This document shows positions 39,664 to 53,148 of a stretch of DNA of 64,000 nt, in pieces. A program made the translations under genes and the position numbers. The stretch is taken from the NCBI GenBank assembly GCA_965644295.1, contig CBFFRP010000281.1, positions 248,001-312,000 of the forward strand, given 5' to 3'. Within the stretch, counting starts at the first letter, position 1, and every line of letters starts with the position of its first letter. The DNA is from Paraphysomonas bandaiensis. Taxonomy: Eukaryota > Protista > Chrysophyceae. Below the pieces are notes generated by a model. The model was not told the DNA's origin, searched no databases, and was given only the letters and a program-made list of their open reading frames with translations.

Positions 39664-41916
39664 ATGAATAGTATAATATTTATTGGGATCGCATTCCTTC
39701 ATCATACATATGGTTTTCATGATTCTATTGTGGATTCTGCATTATTACAACAACCAGTAACATCAAAAAATGATTGTAATGATATTCCTGTTGTATTCAT
39801 TGATCGTTTTTCTGAGAATGATGATTCATGGGGTGATGCAAGTTATTTCATTTATTCCTATGAAGAGGATGAACGTACTACTCTATTGGCTACTAGCCGA
39901 AAATCTAACAGTGGAACTGATAAAGAAATGTGGTGTTTTAAACCAGGACACTATATTGCTTATCTCAGTGAAAGCTCATTCACGGATTTGAATTCATATT
40001 CAGTGAAGGTATGTGGCACTACTATGGTGAATGCTGGAGGTTTTGTTGTGTTAAGCATCAGTGGTGAGGGTACTTGTGACGTAGTCCTGGACAACCGATT
40101 TCTTACCCCATCAGCGAACATTGTATCGAGCAAGGCTGATAAGTTTGAGACTGCTTTATATTCATCCAATGAATATTCCATGGATTACTCTGATATCGAT
40201 TTTTCGGAGATGTTATCAATGGACTTCTCAGAGTTGTTTTCAATGGAATTATCTGATGGAAGTTCAATGGAATTTTCTGACGGAAGTTCGATGGAATTCT
40301 CTGATGACAGTTCAATGGATTTCACAATGGACTTCTCAATGGATTTCTCTGCTGGTGTCTTGACTTTTTCGCCAACCAATACCCCTACTATTTCTCCTAC
40401 TGTGGTCCCTACTAGTTCTCCTACTGTGGTCCCTACTAGTTCTCCTACTGTGGTCCCTACTAGTTCTCCTACTGTGGTCCCTACTAGTTCTCCTACTGCG
40501 TCCCCAACTAGTTGCCCCACCCTTTCTCCGACCGGTACTCCGACCGTATCTCCAACACCTGTTCCCACCTTCTCACCTACAATTACCCCCACTATGCCAG
40601 GAGAGACTAATGCTCCCACACTCCATCCTACTGTATCCCCTACGTTGAACCCGACATCCAACCCTACTTCTGTGCCTACCTCTAGTGCACCTACTTACAT
40701 TCCTACTTCTAACCCCACCAACATTTACGACACACTTGAAGCTTCCAACCGTACCACTACTTGCTACAGCGACTGTTCCTACCCCGGTATGACCGTCGAT
40801 CCTGCTGATTGGGGAGACGAAGAGTACTGTCAGTTCTACGCCTCCACCACATGCTCAGAGGAAGCGGTTGCGGCGTACTCGTGTGTACCTGACTGTCTCC
40901 TGGACTGTTCTGACGTGTTTTGTGACTCAATGAGTACCCTTGTATATGCGTGTGACCCCGATTCAAGTGCAACATTTGCCAACAAGACCGTACTGGAGAC
41001 GGAGTGTCTTGACTCGTACGCGGCGGATGCAGAGACTGAAACTCTTCTCGAATTCGACACCGTGAACACTTTCGATGATGTGAGCGCAGATGAAATGCGA
41101 AATGACACTGCTTCTCAACAAGCAGCAATATCTGCAATGTCGCTTTCAATGTCAGGCGTTCCTGCCTCACAAATATCAATTAAATCTATTGAAGATGCAT
41201 CGACTAGACGTATGTTCCGCCGCTCTCTTCAATCATCTGGAGCTGAAGTGACATTCAATGTTTTGGCAAAGCTCGAGCAACTCGGGTATAAGAGCACCGA
41301 AGGGGATGCTGCGTATAGCTCTTTGACTAATCAAATCTCACAGTCTGTATCAAGCGGGGAGTTTCAGCAGAATTTAAAGGCGGCGGGACAAACTGTAGGT
41401 GTTACTACATTCGATAATGCCAAGGTACAAAAGACGCCTACGTACTCAGAACCCGTAGTTATTGCTGTAGTAACGGTCCAGCCGACTAGTTTCCCTACGT
41501 CTGCTCCAACTTTGACTCCCAAGAAGTCTGACGACGACGTTGCGTTATCCGATGGGGAGATAGCGGGTATTGTTATAGGCTCTGTTGTCGGATTCTGCTT
41601 GTTGGTCTTTGGGGCATACATATGCTGGGACAAGAAGCGCTTGGGTGATATGGAAGAACAGTTTAAGCAGCACAATTTCCTTACAAGAATGCGCTCGCGC
41701 TCCTCCGCAGGCTCCCAGCCCCAGCGATCAGAGGGTCCACAGGTCAAATCATTCGATTCTATTGATATGGCCTATAAGTCAAAGGATGAATACCAAGGAA
41801 TGGATATCGAAATGGAAGCAAAGCGCCAGAGCGATCTGGAGGAGCGTCGTATATCTGAAATGGGCGATGATGCAGATGCACGCGCAGCAAGGAAGGCAAG
41901 ACGGTCCGATGTATAA
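39664..41916 (+). CDS. Type I membrane mucin-like surface protein
   Basis: Signal peptide, SM[DE]F acidic repeats, PT/SPT stalk, Cys-rich block, TM IAGIVIGSVVGFCLLVFGAYICW and a cytosolic tail. Intronless. Confidence 0.85.
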   Translation: MNSIIFIGIAFLHHTYGFHDSIVDSALLQQPVTSKNDCNDIPVVFIDRFSENDDSWGDASYFIYSYEEDERTTLLATSRKSNSGTDKEMWCFKPGHYIAYLSESSFTDLNSYSVKVCGTTMVNAGGFVVLSISGEGTCDVVLDNRFLTPSANIVSSKADKFETALYSSNEYSMDYSDIDFSEMLSMDFSELFSMELSDGSSMEFSDGSSMEFSDDSSMDFTMDFSMDFSAGVLTFSPTNTPTISPTVVPTSSPTVVPTSSPTVVPTSSPTVVPTSSPTASPTSCPTLSPTGTPTVSPTPVPTFSPTITPTMPGETNAPTLHPTVSPTLNPTSNPTSVPTSSAPTYIPTSNPTNIYDTLEASNRTTTCYSDCSYPGMTVDPADWGDEEYCQFYASTTCSEEAVAAYSCVPDCLLDCSDVFCDSMSTLVYACDPDSSATFANKTVLETECLDSYAADAETETLLEFDTVNTFDDVSADEMRNDTASQQAAISAMSLSMSGVPASQISIKSIEDASTRRMFRRSLQSSGAEVTFNVLAKLEQLGYKSTEGDAAYSSLTNQISQSVSSGEFQQNLKAAGQTVGVTTFDNAKVQKTPTYSEPVVIAVVTVQPTSFPTSAPTLTPKKSDDDVALSDGEIAGIVIGSVVGFCLLVFGAYICWDKKRLGDMEEQFKQHNFLTRMRSRSSAGSQPQRSEGPQVKSFDSIDMAYKSKDEYQGMDIEMEAKRQSDLEERRISEMGDDADARAARKARRSDV
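40393..40488 (+). repeat. Exact 24-bp tandem repeat x4 (SPTVVPTS)
   Basis: TCTCCTACTGTGGTCCCTACTAGT repeated four times. Confidence 0.95.
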
Positions 41917-42488
41917 GCTATTTGCGCTGATACTACTAAGGGCTTATTGTTATATCGAATGCTCAGTTTACCTTGTGTGGCTTTTTTAGCTGTGAAATTA
42001 TAGCTGCTGTAGGAATAAATATTGTTGAACGTATGCACTCGATAATGCTGTCGCTGAGTCGTCTGCTGTTATGAGGGTAATATTGGTAGTAGATAGTTCA
42101 TGATTACAGTGTCAAAACTATTAACAGGTTAACTTTTACTTGTGGTGAGGTTATAATTCAGCATTGCAGATGTTTAGCTACAATCGTTCCTAGTTTACAA
42201 GAACATATGTGTCTGCTACAGTGAAGTACATGATATCATAGGAATAATGTCATTGGAACTGAAATATGTTACCTGTAGAAGATCTTGTCTATCTAGGATA
42301 TGATAATATTGATTAATTGCTAGTAGTTTGGATCAATGTCTGATAAAACTATAATATTACCTGCAAATATAAAAAATATTATAACATTTTACAGACCAGG
42401 AACCATGAATATTATAATATTATTATATATTATAAATATTTTGGGCGCTAAGTAGAAAACATCGGTAGTAACTAGTTAGTAGTTAGTA

Positions 42489-42916
42489 GCTATATTGAAA
42501 GTCTTATTATTAGCAATAGGCGTTAAAAACCTGCACCAACTTAGTAGCCAGATGTATGCTAGACAAACTAGTTAGACCTCTACCTGTAACTAATCAGTAC
42601 ACACTTCTTTTATCCTACTATTAAACGCTTCGGAAGCTGCTTGTGCGTCGCCGCAAGCACCAAGGTGCGACCACTTCCGCTCTGAGTTACCCTTCAGGTG
42701 GGCCCATTCCCGGATGCCTTTTATTCGTCAGGGCCCAAAGACGTCTCTACACAAACGACACTTATTGGTGTCCCTTGTACCACACAAGCATTCGGCTATG
42801 AGTGGACAGAAGAATATCTGCTGGCTATGTTTGCGGCTCACGTTAGTTTCCCAGAGAGAATCTCTCCGGTACTTATCCCCCAGAACACCACGAAAAGGTG
42901 CGAGTCCGACTTTGTT
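42489..42916 (-). repeat. Dispersed repeat family R3, copy 3 (internally deleted)
   Basis: Aligns with 901-1326. Confidence 0.8.
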
Positions 42917-43939
42917 GAGTGTAAGTTAGTAGCTAACTTAGTAGAGGATACAATATGATGGTGCACCAGTGAACTTTTAACTTTTCGTCGCTGTCGTCCT
43001 TAACAGTGTCTGACACTATGTGAGATGTGTTTGCTTAACAACTAACTAAATGTAAACCCTCACTCAATGCTTAGAATTATAAATTCTATGCAATATCAAA
43101 TTCATGTTGTCTCCACACTACCAATATTATTGCATAAATATTTACTTCAACAGGGATAGGCAAGACGGCCCCGACTCTCTCTGCAAACATGCTGTTGGTT
43201 CAGCATTCATTGTCATTCACTATATATAAATCTATATCGTCACAACTACCAACAATCAATATTATGGAATCATACATATAATATATATAATCACAATCTT
43301 ACCAGGCAATAAATATAATTACAATCTTACAATATATTGATTGGTGTACCGGCCAAATATTCCATCAATATAGTTACACTGTTAAGTGACTCACAATATA
43401 CTGCAATATCTTCGATATTAATATATATATCGTGTCAACAGAGTAGTTATGTCACTTTTTCACTCTTTTGCTACATATAGAGTGCCAGTACTAGAAAAGT
43501 AATACACAATATGTACATTATTATATACCTCCGCATGAAGAAGCCCCTACATGCCACAATCAATAAAGTTGAAAGATTCTTCAGTATAAATAATATTATT
43601 ATGACTAATTCGCGCAAGACTATGACTCTGTTGGAATACGTATGGTTCTCTAAGATAGTACTGTGGAATACATTAAATACAATGTGAAAATCAGTAATAC
43701 GTAGTCAGAGATACTATATAGCTATAACTGTGAAACTGATGTATTGTATCATGACGATTCACGTTACGGAAGTTGAGCATTGGTTGATATGAACGAAATA
43801 AATTATCATGTTATGGACATGTTTTACATGATAACACACACAATTGTGTATGCAATTATATTAAATAGTTTATCTAGTTTGAGTAAAATAAACTTCTCCT
43901 AACAATCTTAATTGTGAAAATGACCAAGAATAGTCAATA

Positions 43940-44199
43940 GACTCCTCGGCATGTCACATTTAGCTAGAGCAATTTATGTTTTTACGCATGAGTCGTCGCC
44001 ACAGGAATGAAATGACAGTTGTTCAAGCCAGGGCCTGATAGCCGTTAATGCTAAAGACAGGTAATAATGTATAGCTATATACGTACGTAGTTTAATAGCA
44101 ATTTATTGAAATAATTGAAATTGGGACAGGAGGATTTAAGTGCAATTTTAATAGACTACGGCATGCGCCAATTTGACAATTACTTGTTACGTAGCCCTG
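43940..44199 (+). mobile_element. hAT right-end remnant containing a TIR fragment of the 30621-type MITE
   Basis: 43940-44025 matches 16581-16660. CAGGGCCTGATAGCCGTTAATG at 44029. Ends TTGTTACGTAGCCCTG. Confidence 0.75.
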
Positions 44200-44250
44200 T
44201 TAAGTACTATATTCAAATTTATATTTAGTATTATGTTTATATTATTTTAT

Positions 44251-47200
44251 TCAATACTTTTCAAATGCATCGAGAATAGTATCAAAGCGCCTCATTCTTT
44301 CTATTTTCTTCCATGTCGCCTTATCAACTGTTACGTTTCTAGATTCCATGTCGCGTATAACTGTTACGATATCCCTAGGTAAATCATGTTCAGCAAGATA
44401 GTCCAGAATTGGACCATAAATCTTCTCAGACGAAGGGCAAGATATATCATCCACTTCACAGAGCGTTTTCATAGCACTGATAGCACCTTTAGGGTTTCGT
44501 ACTAACAAAGCAGCCCTAATTACACCACTCCAACACTCTTCATCTGGCTGCAGGCCAACACTACGCATGTTATCCAGTAGCTTCAGCCCCATCTAAGCGC
44601 AGACATTATGTAAAATTCGAACAGAAAAAATATGGTAGCTAGAAACATATATCCATATATATATTCAGTGTACGCCATACCTCGTACTCGCCCTTCGATC
44701 CAATGATTCTAAATACAGAATGCCAACATGTGACCAGATCGTCATGTACACGGCGAGAAGTAGCATCATTCTCTAAATCAGAAATATTGTTCTCTGATTC
44801 ATAATGTTCGGTCTCTGGGGCTACGACATATTCACTGATACCTTCTGATTGAGCTACCTCAGTACAAAATTTGGAGCTCATGAACTGAATGTGAGACAGA
44901 AGTCAGAACAGCACATCACATGCAGTATTTCATTTACATGAATAGCTAAACACGTTCATATATATATACAACAATGGAGCCATGTCAGTGAGACACATCC
45001 GATTACGTATACCAATAGTGCAGTCACAAAGCGTATATTATACCATGCATGTATCTCTGGCATCCAAGAGCTTGCCCTTTTCACAGAGTGCTTCAATCAA
45101 GCATTTCCAGCACTCTGCCCTCTTTTTCGTTAAATAATTAATAGATGCAAATTACCACGTACCTATACTGATAGAGGGAGTTTTACCAGTGGTTCCCATG
45201 CATTGAATAACCCACATACACTCCTCATCCAAACCATGTTGACAGAGCCGGTGCATCAAATCCTATTTCGTAATTATACCAGATATTAGTAGAACGTTTG
45301 CTAGACAATAACTAACATCATATTACTCTCAACAATGCGGTAACTATTACAAATATTCATAATAAACACATGTCAACTATTTCCTACCTCCCACAAATCT
45401 ATGTTTTGAGAGCTTTCAGTAAGAGTGTTGATATACTTCGGTAGATATGACTGCTTTTCTTTAAGAATGCTCTCCAAGTAAACGCCGTGCACTTCAACCA
45501 CTTGTGCGTTCCTAGTTAAAAGAATCGTTGAATATCTATGTGCCAGACTCCACTTTTCCATATATGATATTGATTTATCTGTAAAGATAAGGGTTAATAA
45601 AGACTTGCATGTGTCTTCACAGAGTTTTCCAGCAGGAACGCAATGGCGGGTCCAAGTGTCAACTAAGGCCAAGCTCTTCTCAATCTCACCGCTGGCCACA
45701 TAGCTCTGAACAAGTGATGCATACAAGTTATTGCTTCTCAAACCATGGCCTTCGAGTAAATTCAGAAGATTTTCAGCACCTACAATATCGTGTTTAAGAA
45801 GTATCGCCTGTATTAAGGAGTAGAAAAGTGCGTCAGCATCGTGCTCAGTAACACCAAGTGCGTCCTTTGAAATCAATACTTTTTGTGCGATATCCATGGC
45901 TGTATCTTCCTCACCAGAAAAAGCGTAAGATGATATCAGACAACCATATATTTGCTTGGTAGCATCAATATTCAAGTTATCCATACACTTCCCATAGGTG
46001 AGTACTTTATTGTGCATACAGTTCCTACTACATATGTCCATAATCAATTCAAAGAAGTCAACAGTCACTGGTTCATTCAGTCTGTTGTTTTCCACAGCTT
46101 GAACCAAAGCATCGCCTGTAGCAACACATCCTTTCAAGTCATTCGATGTATAGTACGTCCTGATTCTATCCATCCACAGCATACCATCACTTCCATCAAA
46201 GTCGCCTAGATCACCGCTTGAACCCCCCCCGCCGAATTCATTCCCATCAGAGATTTGACCGGTTCGCCCGTTGCTTTTACATGACAACGTGTGCACATCA
46301 CTGGAATACCTCCCAAGATCGATACCTTTCGTCTGCCCACGACCTACAAACTCCTTATGTTTTCGTTTTAGCCAGACTTTAACACGGCCAGACACCACAC
46401 TGGATCCATCAAAAGACCTAGTCAATGAACCAACAATAAACGCCTGTAAATTCGGCGGACATGCTGCAACATATGTTTGTAGAAGTTCCATTTCGGTAGA
46501 TGCTTTGCTTGCAGATAATTGCTCCAAGTTGGAATACGCTACTGGCAAATCGTATGGCCTTTCATTACTAGTAGAGGTTAATATGCGTGTCCCAGTGCTA
46601 CACTCACCACCAAAACTTCTTTGCCATCGTCCCGACGACGGGTACGTCTGCCGGACGCCAGACTTTACATCCAATATATCAATAAGAGCATTCCAAGTTT
46701 TCGCATCAGGAAACAAGTTATCCTTGTCGTACATCAGTACCAAAAGCTTAGACACATCATTGACACCGCTTCCTTCAGCGCAGGAGGTAAGAACACAACT
46801 CCAAGTAGAGGAATTAGGAACCAATTGTCGGGAACGCATGTCAGCCATCACATTCAACGCATCCTGCCATGTGGATGAAGTCGACGCGGCGCGGACTGCA
46901 CGTTGCCAACATGCAAACCGCGATGTATCGGTGATGACACGTCCATCAATATTCTCCATCTCACACACAGTTGCGTAGGCTTCACTAATTTTTCCTGCCT
47001 TACCAGCAGTCGTAATGAGATCTAACCACATCTTCGCCCGTAATTCTCGCCACTTATCCTTTATGGCCCTGATATCTTCTGTATTATAGAATAATTCATC
47101 GCTCTTCTGAAGGAACGGGAGTTGCATATGCTTTTTATTAGAGGTAGCTTGTCTCAACATGCTCATTACACAAACCCTAGGCTTCGATGCCGAACCGCTA

Positions 47201-48858
47201 CCCTCCCTACGAAGTTGGTGGTTTTGGCGTCGACACACAGGTACTCCGCTGATGGTGTCAAAATATGGGTCATAGGATGACACAAGTTGAACCAGTGAAC
47301 GCAAATTTTCATAGTCTCCACTGGATTTATAGTGAGCACTGGCTGTACCCCATACTGCAGAAGAAGGGATAACTATTGGTCGTAATTGAAGCATATTTTC
47401 CATTGTATTTTCTATTAATTGTGTGCTCGTACATGAAGAAAATAGTTCTGCCTGTGTCGAATCGGCGAGAACAACCATTCCACGGCTGGCAGCAGTGATC
47501 AATATCGAGTACGTGTGCATATCAAATGGGGCTCCTAATTGTATCATCTGCGAATAAATCTCTTTCATTCCCACGGAATCGTTATCCTTACAGTATGCCA
47601 TTAATAGAGTATTAAAAGCTCTAGACGATGGTTTGTACGCCACTCTTAGGACGGTACCATTGTTGTCACCACTACCGACACCCCCGTCATCGACATTGAC
47701 GGTATACGGAATGCCCTTAGAAAACTCAACAACCATTTTCTCCAATAATTCCCGCGCAACCGGAATATGATTAGCTCTAACTGCAGCTGAAAGAAGAGTA
47801 CAATGTGATTGGTCATCGGGGATAAGGCCCATGTTCCGAATAGAGTCAAATATTTCTTGAGCCTATAAAATAACATTTCAATAATAGTATATCAATAATG
47901 GGGAACAAATATACAAGTTTTTTATACAGATGCGCCTCTACCTTGACATAGTTCGAGTCGTTCGCACAAGCAGAAAGTAATATATTGTAAGTACTAATTG
48001 TGGGTGATAGAGTCCCAACACATATCACTGGTTCTCCTCTAGAGTTCGTTAAAGCTACACTGCTGTCGAAGTAGGCACCAAAAACACGAAGCGTTTCATC
48101 AATGTTTCCAACAGAGGAGTAGCTGCTCATGTAGCTCTCACAATGTGTACGAACAAGTGGAAAGCCGTTGGATTGTATGATTGATAGAATCTGAGACCAA
48201 TACAAAGTAGGCAGTGAACCGATTACACAGTTGAGTAGTAATTTCAATTCAATATATACGTCAGGTACACAACTACTTCACTTACTTGCATCGCATACTC
48301 ATGGGACCCAGTCGCCCCACAAGTTTTTAGCGCAAAGGAAGCGTACTTAGGGTCAAAACTTCCCTTCTCATTGACGTTGACGATTTCATTGAAAGCCATC
48401 GAAGCGTTCTTAGAAACGTAGCAAGCATCAAAAAAGTATTTCCGATAAATCGGCCGAATCGTGATGTTCTTCTCTTGCATTTTATAAAGCATACGTTTAA
48501 TTACTGAAGCATTCCCCTCTTTTGATAAATCAAAAAAGAGTTTCTCCCATCGTGATGCATCAGTTCCACAGTGCATAAGCATAGCCGTATCTATATAACA
48601 TATATAAAGCATAACATCCATAAGTATTATATGTATAACAACATCTATATAAGAGCCAATTGATGATTGTAATATATGAATCTATTTACCTGATTGTGAT
48701 TTCGTATTACGACGTTGAATATTATGAATATAATCACCTAATGATGGTGAAGGATGAATAAGATGAGCATAAGCTGGTGATGATAGTAATCTTGTTAATC
48801 TTGGACGTAAATGAAAGTATCGTATGGATGTATGATGAAAATATGTTAACATTGACAT
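44251..48858 (-). CDS. Large pentatricopeptide-repeat protein, probably mitochondrial (multi-exon)
   Basis: PTISTYNILLSACA, PSSRAFNTLLMAYCK, DMHTYSILITAAS, PNSSTWSCVLTSCA and PDEECWSGVIRAA. Presequence-like first exon from 48858. Confidence 0.85.
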
Positions 48859-49395
48859 TATTAATGATAAGATATAAGAATAATTAAGATATCATGAAGA
48901 TAGGAGATATATGAGGGGTAGATGAGTAGTGTATTGGAGACCTTACATTAACAAGTATGTATATATACAGCAGCCGGAAGTGTCCACATATATATATGTA
49001 TGTATATGTATTGTATGGTATCCGTATATATATGTATGTATGGTAGATGTATGTATGGTATATGTATTTGTGGTATACCGTATATGTATACTGTGTTGGT
49101 GCTTCACTTCATTGGTTAATACATTGTATATATGGCGTATTCTCAGAGTAGAGGACGGAAAAATACAATATACAACAATGCTGCTGTGTGCCATATACAC
49201 AATATTCTATAGGTATACACCGTACACCATACATAGACCATGTACCATACACACAGCAATACCATACACAATAAAACATGCATATACGAGTAGTATAGCA
49301 GTATATCACAGTGATCTCATATATATCCACAGCATTCATATACGTCTTACATACATATATATTCTTACATCTACTATACTTATACATTAATATCA

Positions 49396-50256
49396 ATGTA
49401 TAGAACTCATTTACATATTATTCGTCATGTGAAGGGTGTCTTGACCTCTACTCGTTCCTTTAGTTCTGGTCAAACCGTACTACTCACTAAAACTGGACAA
49501 TTTGCATCTATTACACTTAATAATGTTGAAGTACATAATGCACTCTCCCCTAGTGTAATGACAGGTATTGAAGAGTCACTTGCTGAGCTTCGTGAGGATC
49601 CCAATGTACGTGCAGTATTCCTCAAAGCAGCTGGGAAAACTTTTTGTGCTGGTGGTGATCTCAAGCACATGAAAGCGACTGCTAAATGGACATACGATCA
49701 GAATAAAGAAGAAGCTTTTCGTCTATCTGGTGTTTTTAACTCTCTTCGGACATTCCCTCGACCTGTTATTGCTATGATCAACGGGCCAGCATTTGGTGGT
49801 GGTGTTGGGCTAATTTCGTCATGTGATATGGCATTTGCCGTTAAAAATGCGTCATTTGCTCTATCAGAAGTCACGCTGGGTGTGATACCAGCCACTATAT
49901 CTCCTTTTGTAGTATCAAAAATTGGTGCTGCTGCTTGTAGGCGGTATTTTTTAACCGCAGAAAAATTCGACGTTGAAGAGGCCCGTCGCATTGGACTTGT
50001 AAACGAAATAGTTGATGATGTGGACGCCCTCTTTGCCGCCGAAGAAAAACTTAAAAAGAGTCTGATGCGATGCTCTCCAGAAGCAATGAAATCCTCAAAG
50101 GAGTTGATTGATGCTATCGAAGGTAAAAACATCGACGACGACCTCCGCATGTTCACTGCCAGTCGGTTAGCCGACGTGCGGGAGTCTGTTGATGGTCAAG
50201 AAGGCATGGGTGCGTTTCTTGAGAAGAGAAAACCCAGGTGGACGGTAGTTGAGTAA
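49396..50256 (+). CDS. Enoyl-CoA hydratase/crotonase (methylglutaconyl-CoA hydratase-like), mitochondrial presequence
   Basis: FCAGGDL, GPAFGGGVGL, FALSEVTLGVIPATISPFV, RRYFLTAE and EGMGAFLEKRKP. Confidence 0.92.
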   Translation: MYRTHLHIIRHVKGVLTSTRSFSSGQTVLLTKTGQFASITLNNVEVHNALSPSVMTGIEESLAELREDPNVRAVFLKAAGKTFCAGGDLKHMKATAKWTYDQNKEEAFRLSGVFNSLRTFPRPVIAMINGPAFGGGVGLISSCDMAFAVKNASFALSEVTLGVIPATISPFVVSKIGAAACRRYFLTAEKFDVEEARRIGLVNEIVDDVDALFAAEEKLKKSLMRCSPEAMKSSKELIDAIEGKNIDDDLRMFTASRLADVRESVDGQEGMGAFLEKRKPRWTVVE

Positions 50257-50670
50257 ATTTGTGGGGAGTGTTTGGGTAATTAAAATACTATTGTTTCGTG
50301 AGCAGTATCGTGTGTACCTTCTGTTTGTGATGAACATAGTTCAGACATTCATGATTTATATTTACGAATCAATGATATACTGCTATGTGAACTACAGCAA
50401 GTTTGTGGGCTGCTTAATATTCTTCTGATACGCCAAGGCATCTCACATTTCTGCAGTATGGTCGTGTATGACCTTGTTCAATAACTTGGTAAACTTAGAT
50501 AATCACAAAAAATATCAGTAAAAAGATTTATATATTAAACGGATTTAGCCCATAAGAATTTGTAAAGTCTAATGTATATTTTATATTTGTATCAAAAAAT
50601 GCCTCCATAAGCGCACGCCACAGTGTCGTTCACCAACTCACTGTAGGGTTCTCAGAACACCCAAGTTTAA

Positions 50671-52482
50671 TCATCGAAAATTAGTAGACTTCAACTGGCA
50701 TCGAGTGCCGAAATATCCAATAAAGCATGAACACTTCCCAGTGGTATAGTCGCACACCCCTCTGCCTGAACAATCTCTCCCTGTTTCGTTTCCATACCCA
50801 CCCATAGGATCTGGGCCGGATGGACACTCCTGCAGTTCGCACGTAGCACCGCGATATCCAGCATCGCACACACATCCAACTTGTTTAGCAGCATCCCAAG
50901 GTGTGTTATACACCCTACCCGCACGACCTGCCAAAAGCCATTCAGGCCAACACGTTCCGCGATCATTGCAATTGTTGGGACAAACTGATCGTTGACATGC
51001 TATTCCATCGTAACCAGTAAAGCAATGACAATCACCTACATATCAATTAGGAATATATGTATTGATTAATTATAAATATAATTACATACCAGTAGTTCGA
51101 TCACATGTTCCTTTATTGGAGCATTCCACCCATGGGTGCAAGTCATTGGCCCCCACAACGGACCCCACCCATGCATAATCACTGGGACATCGTCGAAGGG
51201 AGCAATCTGGTCCCGTCCATGCCAACTCCCCCCCTCGGTCTGTATAGCACTTGCAGTTGTTGTTTCTCTCACAGGTGCCGTGACCAGAACACCCATTCTC
51301 GCACATGCCAGAATGTCGGTGGCGACGCATATCCCACGTCACTTGGCCCCACGGTTCTACGACATACGAAGGAGCACTGGAAGGAATAGAAGTTGGCTGC
51401 CCAGTAGGCTGCCCAGTAGGTTGCCCTGTAGGTTGCCCAGTAGGCTGTCCAGTTGGAATGCATGTTGGCTGTCCAGTTGGAATGCACGTTGGCTGTCCAC
51501 TAGGTTCACCGGTTGGAATGCATGTAGGTTGCCCTGTAGGTTGTCCAGTAGGCTGACCACTAGGTTCACCGGTTGGAATGCATGTAGGTTGTCCCGTTGG
51601 CTGTCCCGTTGGTTGGCCACTAGGTTCACCTGTTGGTATGCATGTTGGTTGGCCAGTTGGCTGACCTGTAGGCACGCATGTTGGCTGTCCCGTGGGTAGA
51701 CCAGTTGGTTGACCCGTTGGTTCACCGGTTGGAATACATGTTGGTTGGCCAGTTGGTTCTCCTGTAGGTTGTCCTGTAGGTTGTCCAGTTGGAATGCATG
51801 TTGGCTGACCTGACGGTTGCCCAGTGGGCTGACTACTAGGTTCACCGGTTGGAACGCATGTTGGTTGTCCAGTGGGCTGACCCGTTGGCACGCATGTTGG
51901 CTGGCCTGAAGGTAAGCTTGTTGGTTGCCCAGTTGGTTGTCCAGTTGGAGAGGATGTTGGCTGACCTGACGGTTGCCCAGTAGGCTGACTACTAGGTTCA
52001 CCGGTTGGAACGCATGTTGGTTGTCCAGTGGGCTGACCCGTTGGCACGCATGTTGGCTGGCCTGAAGGTAAGCTTGTTGGAATGCTCGTTGGCTGACCTG
52101 ACGGTTGCCCTGTAGGCTGTCCAGTTGGCTGACCTGACGGTTGCCCAGTGGGCTGACTACTAGGTTCACCCGTTGGCACGCATGTTGGCTGGCCTGAAGG
52201 TAAGCTTGTTGGTTGCCCAGTAGGCTGAGTACTAGGTTCACCGGTTGGAATGCATGTTGGTTGTCCAGTAGGCTGACCTGTTGGCACGCATGTTGGTTGC
52301 CCAGTAGGCTGACTACTAGGTTCGCCGGTTGGAATGCTCGTTGGCTGACCTGAAGGTAAGCCTGTTGGCTGTCCCGACGGATCGGAACTAGGTTGGGCAC
52401 TTGGAACTGATGTTGGGCTAGTAGTGGAGTGAACCCCACTGTGCATCAATGCAACTAGAATTATTGTTGCGATGTGTTTCAT
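50671..52482 (-). CDS. Secreted PT-repeat plus EGF-like (SIG/OCM mastigoneme-type) protein A, intron 51089-51036
   Basis: Signal peptide and a long PTGQ/PTCV array. EGF region [63 protein letters not shown]. Confidence 0.85.
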
Positions 52483-53148
52483 ATTGCCCAGGGTAATGGA
52501 TAGTAACTATATTGCACATCTAATCTTTAACGGCTTGCTTAGAATATAACGGAACTGTTAGTTAGAATTCGATCCACACAATTTGTACACTGAAAGCAAA
52601 ATATGATGTAGTGAAAATGCAGCTATAAGCTTGGATCCGTTGAAATTGCTATAATCATGATCTTTTAGTGTCTAATCAGAAATCTGTCACCTAAATGTGC
52701 TGTTGACTGAACAGATTCTCTGTTTATAGATGATCTTAAGAGTTTAGCCAATCAGAGAACTTAGAGCATAAACCACATGTCCATTTGGACATATTAGAAA
52801 GTCATATAAAAAAACAAAAAAACAAGGATATTCAGGATATAGTTGATAATAAAAAAGTCCGATATCTTGATCATAAAATCAGGTCAAATTTCCGTTGGGT
52901 CATGTCCGTTGATTTTTTTTTTAGAGATGCAAACATACAATATACAACAAGAGATGCTGGTGTGTATCATGCCATGGTGGTTTCATTTGCATACATAACT
53001 AGATGCAACGTGAGGTCGTTTATCATCTTAAACACAGTGCGACTTGTTCTCGTACTATTCAAATATATTTTAATTATATAAAACTTCATTGTAATATGTG
53101 TCTTTTGGAATAAACTTCATTCTACTGCACGCATAAATAAATACTATC

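Noticed and set aside
42675-42740. CTGACGA on the minus strand of R3 as a hammerhead ribozyme core
   Set aside because: No convincing stem II followed by GAAA could be built, and the motif is not intact in all copies.
48929-49396. Y/I/C/V/M-rich ORFs here and at 4154-4540, 17413-17791, 26546-26773 and 36486-36961
   Set aside because: Translations of low-complexity TA/CA/TG promoter tracts.
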